Shown piece after piece: positions 7,021 to 14,071 of a stretch of 30,741 nucleotides of DNA (positions are counted from its first letter, which is position 1; each line of letters begins with the position of its first letter). The position numbers and the translations under genes were made by a program. The notes under the pieces are model-generated. The model had not been told where the DNA came from. It saw only the letters and a program-made list of their open reading frames with translations, and did no database searches. This DNA is from a virus, in the UHGV virus genome UHGV-0196597. One strand, written 5' to 3'.

Positions 7021-7024
7021 TTGG

Positions 7025-8632
7025 TTGACAGCACCGTTTCCGAAATACAACAATGAGGCAGCGGTTATTTATGCCAGATATTCAGACGGCCCCGACCAGA
7101 CCGAGAACAGCATAGAGGGGCAGCTGCGCGAATGTCACGAGTTCGCCGCACGCTCCGGCCTGCTGGTTGTCGGAGAATACATCGACCGCGCCATTTCCGG
7201 CCGGTCGGCGGACAGGCCGGATTTCCTCCGAATGATTGAAGATGCGCGTAAAAGTTTTTTTTCCGTCGTTATTGTGTGGAAACTCGACCGATTTGCGCGA
7301 AATCGCTTCGATAGTGCAATCTACCGGAAGAAGCTCAAGGAGTGTGGCGTGCGGCTCCTGTCCGCCCGCGAACCGATAGGGGAGGGGGCAGAAAGCATCA
7401 TTCTTGAGGGGATGCTGGAAGCCTTTGCCGAATACTATTCCGCCAATCTCGCCGAGAACGTCAAGCGCGGGCTTCGGCAGCGCGTGCTGGATGGGCACTT
7501 CGTCGGCGGCTCCCCGCCGTTCGGGTATTCCTTGCAGGACGGCGTCCTGACGCTCGACGAGGGCAAGGCAGAGGTGATGCGCTGGGCGTTCCGTGCTTAC
7601 GCAGACGGGAGGACGAAACAGGAGATCGCGGAGGCGTTCAATGCCAGAGGGTATCGAAACGCCAGAGGGCAGCCGTTCACCTGCAAGTCATTCGTCCGCA
7701 CATTCGCCAATCCGGCATACATCGGGAAGTACCGTGCGGCGGGAATGTTCCTGCCGTGCCCCGCTGTTATTGACGAGGAAACCTTTGAGCGCGTCCAGCG
7801 CCGCATCGAAAGCAATCGGCGGCGCGGTGCGCGGAACAAGGCCAAGGTTGAATACCTGCTCTCCGGCAAGCTGTTCTGCGGCCACTGCGGCAGCGCCATG
7901 ACCGGCCTGTCCGGCACGAGCAAGGGCGGGACGATTTACAATTACTACGCCTGCTTTGGCCGCCGCCGGAAGAACGGCTGCAAGAAGAAGCACGAGCGCA
8001 AGGACTTCATTGAATGGTACGTCTGCGAGCAAGCCCTATCCTACATTCTCGACCCATCCCGCCTGTCGGAGATCGCCCGCCGCGTGGTGGCGGCCTACAA
8101 TGCCGACACGGATGCAGCCAAGGCCAGAGCGCTGGAGAAGAAGATCGCCCAGCGGCAGCGGGATATCGACAGGGCCGCAGAGGCGCTGATCTTCTGCCCA
8201 GCGGGGGCGCGGGCGTCCATCTGTCAGAAGATAGAGGAACTCACGGCGCTGCGCGACGATGCTCAAGCTGATCTCAATGCCATGCATCGGGCAGCGCGGT
8301 TGAAGATCAACGAGCAGCAGGTCATTGATTGGCTGCGGAGCTTTTATGGCGGCGACCCTGCCGATGTGGGTTTTCAGAAAATCCTGATTGACAAGCTGGT
8401 TAATGCGGTCTTTCTGTGGGACGACCGGATTTTGATTTTCTACAATGTCGCCGGTGGCCGCGAGGTGTCCTACATTGACGCTTTGGCGCTCTCGCAGCAA
8501 TTCGATGAGCAGGCGAGTTTGTATTCTGACGCTTCTGCCCCGCCAGTCGTCCCCGAATTCAAGTTCCTTTCTGGTTTCCGTCTAATCGCGGTATTGAGCT
8601 TGAGAGGGGCCACAAAAAGAGGCTCGCCCTGA
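7025..8632 (+). CDS. Large serine recombinase (phage integrase)
   Basis: AVIYARYS catalytic Ser, DRAISG, VWKLDRFARN, recombinase domain, Zn ribbon (LFCGHCG...YYAC...C) and coiled coil. Confidence 0.97.
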   Translation: MTAPFPKYNNEAAVIYARYSDGPDQTENSIEGQLRECHEFAARSGLLVVGEYIDRAISGRSADRPDFLRMIEDARKSFFSVVIVWKLDRFARNRFDSAIYRKKLKECGVRLLSAREPIGEGAESIILEGMLEAFAEYYSANLAENVKRGLRQRVLDGHFVGGSPPFGYSLQDGVLTLDEGKAEVMRWAFRAYADGRTKQEIAEAFNARGYRNARGQPFTCKSFVRTFANPAYIGKYRAAGMFLPCPAVIDEETFERVQRRIESNRRRGARNKAKVEYLLSGKLFCGHCGSAMTGLSGTSKGGTIYNYYACFGRRRKNGCKKKHERKDFIEWYVCEQALSYILDPSRLSEIARRVVAAYNADTDAAKARALEKKIAQRQRDIDRAAEALIFCPAGARASICQKIEELTALRDDAQADLNAMHRAARLKINEQQVIDWLRSFYGGDPADVGFQKILIDKLVNAVFLWDDRILIFYNVAGGREVSYIDALALSQQFDEQASLYSDASAPPVVPEFKFLSGFRLIAVLSLRGATKRGSP

Positions 8633-8650
8633 TGGACGAGCTTCTTTTTT
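8614..8650. terminator. Bidirectional intrinsic terminator between convergent integrase and HTH genes
   Basis: aaaaaga-ggctcgccc-tgat-ggacgagctt-ctttttt: imperfect stem with an A-tract on the left and a T-tract on the right. Confidence 0.8.
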
Positions 8651-8853
8651 CAGTCGGTCAAAAGTTCTTCAACGGTTGTCCCCAGCGCCCTTGCCAGCTT
8701 GAGCGCCGTGGCGGCCTCAATGCCGTCCATTTCCCGCTTGCCGGTTTCCAGCTTAGCGATGTTCGGCTGGCGGGTTCCAATCCTCCGCGCCAGCTCGGCC
8801 TGTGTGAGGCCGGCTGCAATGCGGAACTGCTTGAGTTTGTCGCCTTTATTCAT
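8650..8853 (-). CDS. XRE-family HTH protein (67 aa)
   Basis: LKQFRIAAGLTQAELARRIGTRQPNIAKLETGKR...KLARALGTTVEELL, GAGG RBS. Confidence 0.92.
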   Translation of the reverse strand: MNKGDKLKQFRIAAGLTQAELARRIGTRQPNIAKLETGKREMDGIEAATALKLARALGTTVEELLTD

Positions 8854-9166
8854 CGTCGTCCGCCTCACACGGCGAACTGCTTTGCTTCAAGTACCCATCT
8901 TCGTCCAAGTACTCATCTTCGTCCTGATATTCGCACTTGCTGACTATGCCGCCGACGAACAGGGAGTTCAGGCCGCGCGCTCCGACGTCGTGGAACATTT
9001 TGTAAGTCGGATGCTTCTTGGTGAAGGCCGTCATGATTTCGGCACATTCCTGATATTTCAGGTGGTTGATGCCAAGTGCAAGGGCGCAGTCTCTGATTTT
9101 GATCTCGCGCTGGGTCTCGGCGCGGCGTTCCATTTCGTTAAGGACATCGATTTTGAACTGTTTCAT
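8846..9166 (-). CDS. Hypothetical 106-aa protein with acidic C-terminus (moron gene 1)
   Basis: AGAAAGGA RBS before ATG 9166, own promoter, overlaps the HTH gene by 8 nt. Confidence 0.7.
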   Translation of the reverse strand: MKQFKIDVLNEMERRAETQREIKIRDCALALGINHLKYQECAEIMTAFTKKHPTYKMFHDVGARGLNSLFVGGIVSKCEYQDEDEYLDEDGYLKQSSSPCEADDDE

Positions 9167-9227
9167 TTTAGCTTTCCTTTCTGGTTTCCGTTTGTTTTCT
9201 TTGGGATTTCTCCCTTTCACTATCTAC

Positions 9228-9256
9228 ATTATAGCACGCGCGATATAAAAAGTCAA
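9228..9256 (-). promoter_or_regulatory. Strong sigmaA promoter of the moron cassette
   Basis: TTGACT (9256-9251), 17 bp, TGc-TATAAT (9233-9228), with A-tract UP-like region 9260-9300. Confidence 0.88.
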
Positions 9257-9301
9257 CCCATTTTTCATATTTTTTTCAAATTTTTTTCGATTTTTCGCAA
9301 G

Positions 9302-9329
9302 AAAAAAGCCCCTCCACACGGAGGGGCTT
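9302..9329 (-). terminator. Intrinsic terminator ending the late/lysis operon
   Basis: AAGCCCCTCC-GTGT-GGAGGGGCTT-TTTT on the minus strand, right after the lysin stop. Confidence 0.9.
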
Positions 9330-9333
9330 GCTG

Positions 9334-10107
9334 CTATTTCAGGACCTTGTTGCAGATGGCTTGAATTTCGGTCAGTGCTGCTTCCAGCTCCTTCTCGCGG
9401 GGATCCTCCGCTGGGAGGTAGGCGCTGTACCCGTCAAGGGCGGCAGCGTAGAGGTCATCCGCGATTTTGCACCAGAGGTAGCCGTCCTTCTGCTCGGTGG
9501 CAAGGACGTTGTAGAAGCCTTTGGGCATCCAGCCGTAGACCTCGCCGGTCAGACCTGGGGTTTTCCGTGCGCGGAGGTCGGCGGCGGTGACTTCCAGCTG
9601 GTTCTTTGAAGTGTCGCGCTCAACAAGGTACTTCTCGGCGGGATTGGCCGAGACGTGCCGGATGGAGTAGGCCGTCTGCGTTTTCGGGTAGACCTCGTGC
9701 CAGCCGTCGAGCGCGTAGCAGTAAAGCAGTGGGTCTTTCCGCACACCGTTGATCAAAACGCAGAAATGGACGTGGCAGCCGTTGGAATTGCCGGAATTGC
9801 CCATCTTGCATACGGCTTGCAGGGCGGATACCTTGTCGCCCACCTTGACCTTGAACGCGCCCTTGAGGCAGTGCGCAAGGATAGTCTGAATTCCGCTCCC
9901 GTGGTCAATCTGAATGTAGTTTCCATAGCCCTTTGTTTTGTCATTCCCGTACCCGTCAACAATTTTGACGACCGTTCCGGCGGCGAGGGAATACATGTCC
10001 ACATTGCAGCCGCCCATCGTATCACCCCAACCGTTGTCAATGGCGGGGTGTTGGGTGGAATAGCCTCTTGTCAGAAAGACAAACTTGCAGGGGAAATAGA
10101 GCGTCAT
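9334..10107 (-). CDS. Endolysin: M23 peptidase plus SH3b-like cell-wall binding region
   Basis: HPAID (HxxxD), YGNYIQIDH, GNSGNSNGCHVHF (HxH). C-terminal LRARKTPGL...GYLWCKI. Confidence 0.92.
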   Translation of the reverse strand: MTLYFPCKFVFLTRGYSTQHPAIDNGWGDTMGGCNVDMYSLAAGTVVKIVDGYGNDKTKGYGNYIQIDHGSGIQTILAHCLKGAFKVKVGDKVSALQAVCKMGNSGNSNGCHVHFCVLINGVRKDPLLYCYALDGWHEVYPKTQTAYSIRHVSANPAEKYLVERDTSKNQLEVTAADLRARKTPGLTGEVYGWMPKGFYNVLATEQKDGYLWCKIADDLYAAALDGYSAYLPAEDPREKELEAALTEIQAICNKVLK

Positions 10108-10109
10108 AG

Positions 10110-10520
10110 TCAGCCCTCCCCGTTGCCGTCCTCCGGCAACTGGTGTTCGGCTTCGTCCTGCGGGGCTTCGTAAGGCGGAGTGTAGACGCCTGTTTTCTCA
10201 ATGGCGGTGTCGTCCACTGTGAAGATGTCCTTGAGCTTGACGATGCACTTTCCGGCATAAACGGCGATGACGCCGACTAGGAGCATATCGGGCATGATGT
10301 CAAGGTTCTTGAGTTCGAATTGAGCCGTTAGCTTGTCCAAAATAAAAGCCAATGCGATGAACGCCTCGCTGACGATGGCGGCCTTGGCCACGCCAATCAG
10401 CAGCTTTCGCCAGCTGAATTGCTGGCCGAGCTGCTCAACGTTGTGGTAGACGCCAAGCAGTGTGTGGGTTATGATGACCAGTCCCAGATACGGGAGATAG
10501 GTCAGGACGGTTTCAAGCAT
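10110..10520 (-). CDS. Holin-like membrane protein
   Basis: Three hydrophobic segments, FSWRKLLIGVAK motif, immediately upstream of the lysin, AAGGAG RBS. Confidence 0.75.
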   Translation of the reverse strand: MLETVLTYLPYLGLVIITHTLLGVYHNVEQLGQQFSWRKLLIGVAKAAIVSEAFIALAFILDKLTAQFELKNLDIMPDMLLVGVIAVYAGKCIVKLKDIFTVDDTAIEKTGVYTPPYEAPQDEAEHQLPEDGNGEG

Positions 10521-10524
10521 AAAA

Positions 10525-10815
10525 TCACTCCTTCGCTGAAATTTTGATGATTTTGTCGCGGTTCTTCTCGATGCCGGCGCGGTTCCGTTCCAGCTCCCGA
10601 TTGATTTCCGCGACCTGGTTTTCCAAAACCGGCACCCGCTCGGCAAAGCCGTTGTGCTTCCGCACTTCACGGGTCAGCTCGTCGAGCTTGGTGTCGGTGA
10701 CGGCCTGTGAGATTTGAAGCTGCGCTTCAATCTTCTTGCTTGTGCTTTTATTTGTGATGACGACGCCGACCAAGGCCAGCCCGCCCGTGATGAGTGCCGT
10801 AATTATCTCTGTCAT
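10525..10815 (-). CDS. Lysis-module membrane-anchored coiled-coil protein
   Basis: N-terminal TM (IITALITGGLALVGVVI) followed by coiled coil ...LTREVRKHNGFAERVPVLE. Confidence 0.75.
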   Translation of the reverse strand: MTEIITALITGGLALVGVVITNKSTSKKIEAQLQISQAVTDTKLDELTREVRKHNGFAERVPVLENQVAEINRELERNRAGIEKNRDKIIKISAKE

Positions 10816-10818
10816 GAA

Positions 10819-11679
10819 TTATTCCACCCACTGAAAAGTGTCTGTGTAGTGCTGCTGAACAGCCGCAGCGAGATTGTAGGTCAGACCGAGCGTGCCGGTC
10901 AATGATGTTGCCCCCGCTGCTGCGTTCTCAATGTTGATGGCGTCGGTTACGAGCGATGTTGAGCCGTCGCCGCCGTAGAGAACGACGGTTCCCTTCACTG
11001 TAAGCGGCGACGAGCAAAATAGGACGGTAACGGATTGCCCGTAGAAGGACTGGAACAACTGCGGCGTCGTGCCGTCCGCGTCGGTCATGAAATACTTCCA
11101 GCCGCCGCCGTCCAGCTGGTAGGCGGCGCGGGATGCTGCTGTGTAATAACAGGCGTTGTCTGACGGAAGCGCAGCCGAGCCGCGAACTTCCAGATGGTGG
11201 AATTCGCCGTCGTTCGGGATGATGGGGCCAAAGCCTTCGGAGCTGTTGCCATCGAACCGCGTCAGAAGGGTGACGCGGTTCGATGAATTGACAGAAACCA
11301 GCCAACGCGCTGTGTCCGCTGAATTCGAAATCCATGCAAGCTCATGAGCGTCGCCGCCTGCGGCTTTCACATAACAATCTATTCCGCCCGCGAACCGGTA
11401 GGCGCTCCCGACATTGAGCGCGGAGTTGAGCTTGGTTGTGGTTGAGGCGCTGGTCGCACGCGCCTGAATGTACTTGTAATCCGCCACAAGCGAGCCGGTC
11501 AGACGGCGGGTGATGACGGTCGGGACGCTTAAAGCGTCGGAATAGACGATTTGCTTTACGTCCTTCACGGAATCGCCCGAAACCACCTTGACGTCAATGC
11601 AGTTAACGTCGCTTGTTCCAACGGCGGCCTGTCCCTTTAAAACTCCGCCGTAGGTCGTGTAGATGTTTGCCAGTTTCAT
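10819..11679 (-). CDS. Putative receptor-binding/tail fibre protein (beta-rich, possibly lectin-like)
   Basis: Last tail-module gene, S/T/G-rich beta-strand pattern. Function inferred from position. Confidence 0.55.
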   Translation of the reverse strand: MKLANIYTTYGGVLKGQAAVGTSDVNCIDVKVVSGDSVKDVKQIVYSDALSVPTVITRRLTGSLVADYKYIQARATSASTTTKLNSALNVGSAYRFAGGIDCYVKAAGGDAHELAWISNSADTARWLVSVNSSNRVTLLTRFDGNSSEGFGPIIPNDGEFHHLEVRGSAALPSDNACYYTAASRAAYQLDGGGWKYFMTDADGTTPQLFQSFYGQSVTVLFCSSPLTVKGTVVLYGGDGSTSLVTDAINIENAAAGATSLTGTLGLTYNLAAAVQQHYTDTFQWVE

Positions 11680-11966
11680 GTGACCACCAAATACATCGTG
11701 TTTGCAGCAGGCGACGACGGCACGGAGGTTACGACAGAAATTTTCGTCGCCGCAGCCACTGCGTCGTTGGCTTCGTCAGCGACATCGGCGGCAGCGGCAA
11801 GCCCGTTTTCCAGCTTGTTCATGAGGTCAGCCGAGAACGGGGTGCCCTGCTGTTGAACGCTGTCGGGATTTGGCGTCAGAACAAGGTTTTCCAGTGTTCC
11901 AGAATTTGTGAATTTGTTGTCGCCCACTGCAACGCGGGCTTGCCAGTTGGTGGGAATGTAGGCCAT
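11676..11966 (-). CDS. Small tail-fibre-associated protein
   Basis: MAYIPTNW...GTPFSADLMNKLENGL motif seen in fibre N-termini, AAAGGAGG RBS. Confidence 0.7.
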   Translation of the reverse strand: MAYIPTNWQARVAVGDNKFTNSGTLENLVLTPNPDSVQQQGTPFSADLMNKLENGLAAAADVADEANDAVAAATKISVVTSVPSSPAANTMYLVVT

Positions 11967-11979
11967 GGTGAGCCTCCTT

Positions 11980-12450
11980 TCAGATGGTGCATATATCCTG
12001 CCTGATTATGTTCAGGATGAGGTTTGAGTTTTTCTCAATGTTCGTGACGACACGGGAAAGCAGCGTGCCGGTTCCGGCCTCTGCCGTCGCCGAGCCGCAG
12101 AACACGCCGATTTCCCTGATGTTGAAGTTTCCCTCCCCTGCGCCGAGTGAGCAGACGCTCTGAACAATGTCTGATGAGGTCTGGGAAATCTGCGTGACTT
12201 GCTTCCGGTAGACCTCGGCATTGAGGGCGGTGTCGGTCGCCTTCGCCGCCGTGCCGCTGGTGCCGAAACCGAAATACTTGATTTTCAGCTGTGAGGCGTC
12301 GGTCAGAGTTCCGAGCAAGAGCTGTGCGCGGGTTGTTTGGTTGAGCGTGGTGAGCTGGTTCTTCAACTCCTGCCGCCAGACCGGCTTTCCCGTTGCAGCG
12401 TCCAAAAGCTCAAGCACAAAGCGGCCGGCCAGATGTGTGTTTTCTTTCAT
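11980..12450 (-). CDS. Tail-collar/fibre-attachment-like protein
   Basis: FGFGTSGT...DTALNAEVYRK...EGNFNIREIGVF resembles tail-collar fibre N-terminal domains. Confidence 0.65.
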   Translation of the reverse strand: MKENTHLAGRFVLELLDAATGKPVWRQELKNQLTTLNQTTRAQLLLGTLTDASQLKIKYFGFGTSGTAAKATDTALNAEVYRKQVTQISQTSSDIVQSVCSLGAGEGNFNIREIGVFCGSATAEAGTGTLLSRVVTNIEKNSNLILNIIRQDICTI

Positions 12451-12463
12451 GCGATGCCCCCCT

Positions 12464-14071
12464 TTAGACAGGATAAACAGAGCCGAGCGGCAGCGGCTTG
12501 AACACCGTATCGCTGTCGGCCTCCGTCGCGAAATGCGCTTGACTGAGTTCTGCCGTGAACTCGCTGGTTATGCCTGGATAGAACGGCCCCACAAGCGCGA
12601 ACGGAGCAAACAGGCGCGTGGCGTTTGCCGTCGTGGCGTAGAGGGCTATTGATTGCCCCAGCCCCATTTCCTCTGTCAGCTCAAGCCGTTCGGTGTTTTC
12701 CATCTGCGAGACAATTATTTCGTCCCCGCGAATTGAAAGTTTCGTGACGTTCCTGTAAAGGTCGGCCAGTGTTTCTCCGTAGCTCTTGAGGTAGTCCCTG
12801 TTTTTGAGCTTGAGTGTGATTTTCCACTTTTTGGCAGCGTCGGAGAGGTCGGCAAAGAACGGCTCAATCGTCCGTGCGGTTATGACGTACTTCCCCGAAA
12901 TGCCGAGCTGCGGGAGGTCGAACTCCCACTGCGTCAGAACGTCGGTGGAGTGGACGGTCAGGCCGAGCCTGTAGAGCTGCTCCGACAGGAGCCAGAAGCT
13001 CACCTCGCCGGTCACGGTCGAAAACTGCGCCAGCAGGGAGTTGGCCAGCTGGTAGGCGTCAGCCTGTGTCGAGATGTTCGTCGCCAGCTGCACCCGCTCA
13101 CGGAGGCCGGAGGTACCGGTCTTTGCCGCTATCTCGTCGATTTTGGCAGAATTATATGACGCGACGCGGATTTTGAAGATGCCTGTATATGTGATGTCAA
13201 CAGTATCGCCCGTCGCCAGAAAGGTCTTTGAGCGGTAGGTCACGGTCTGCGAGTTGTAGGAGAACGTGAACAGAATAGCGTCGTTGCTGTCGTCTATGCC
13301 TGTCACGCCAATCAGCGCGGGGTCAACCGCCGTGCCGTTTTTCAGAATGACTGGCTTTTTTGCGAGCGGAAACGATGTCGTGAAGCTGGTCGCCTGCCCG
13401 TCGTAGGTGAATGCTTCTGTCTGCGGGGTCGTCGTGTCGGTCGCTCCCGAAATATACTGCACCGTGCGGGTTTTGTAGTCCCGTGTGGTCTGCTGCAATT
13501 CTGAGCCGATGAGGAACGACTGGTTGACCGTGCGGCCGAGCTGCGGGAAATCCGCCTCGGCGACAAAGTAGAATTTCCGGTCATTTCCGACCGACCACGT
13601 GGCCCCCACAAGGTCTGCCAGCTCTGATATCGCGTCCTGCAGGTTTGTGTCGCCTGCCGTGTATGCCTCCATCGTCAGCGGGATGTCCGAAATCTGGCCG
13701 AGAGAGATCCCCTCGGCTGAAATGTACTTTGTGAACAGCGCGTTTACGATGTAGGAGACGGTCACGTTCTGAAAGGCCTCGTTGACTATGCGGTTGCCGA
13801 GAATGGTATTCGCGTTCCCGCAGACGATTGAATAAAGCTTCGGCTCATGTCCTGTTGAAAACTTCGGGCTTTTCGGGATGCCGCACGTTCCCCAGAAGAT
13901 AGTCTCGGCGGTCTCCGTGTCGAGTAACTCAATGATGTCGCCAGCGACGGGGAACGGCTGATCTTCAACCAGCACAGAGATTGTGCTGTCGGTCTTGTTC
14001 CCTGCCTGCTCAGTGATCGAGAATTCCCGCTCCATGCGGTATTCAATCTTGTCGATATAGCACTTAATCAT
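12464..14071 (-). CDS. Tail tip/hub protein
   Basis: 535 aa, ATGA-coupled to the tape measure gene. AISELADLVGATWSVGNDRKFYF resembles hub (Tal/gp27-like) proteins. Confidence 0.65.
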   Translation of the reverse strand: MIKCYIDKIEYRMEREFSITEQAGNKTDSTISVLVEDQPFPVAGDIIELLDTETAETIFWGTCGIPKSPKFSTGHEPKLYSIVCGNANTILGNRIVNEAFQNVTVSYIVNALFTKYISAEGISLGQISDIPLTMEAYTAGDTNLQDAISELADLVGATWSVGNDRKFYFVAEADFPQLGRTVNQSFLIGSELQQTTRDYKTRTVQYISGATDTTTPQTEAFTYDGQATSFTTSFPLAKKPVILKNGTAVDPALIGVTGIDDSNDAILFTFSYNSQTVTYRSKTFLATGDTVDITYTGIFKIRVASYNSAKIDEIAAKTGTSGLRERVQLATNISTQADAYQLANSLLAQFSTVTGEVSFWLLSEQLYRLGLTVHSTDVLTQWEFDLPQLGISGKYVITARTIEPFFADLSDAAKKWKITLKLKNRDYLKSYGETLADLYRNVTKLSIRGDEIIVSQMENTERLELTEEMGLGQSIALYATTANATRLFAPFALVGPFYPGITSEFTAELSQAHFATEADSDTVFKPLPLGSVYPV

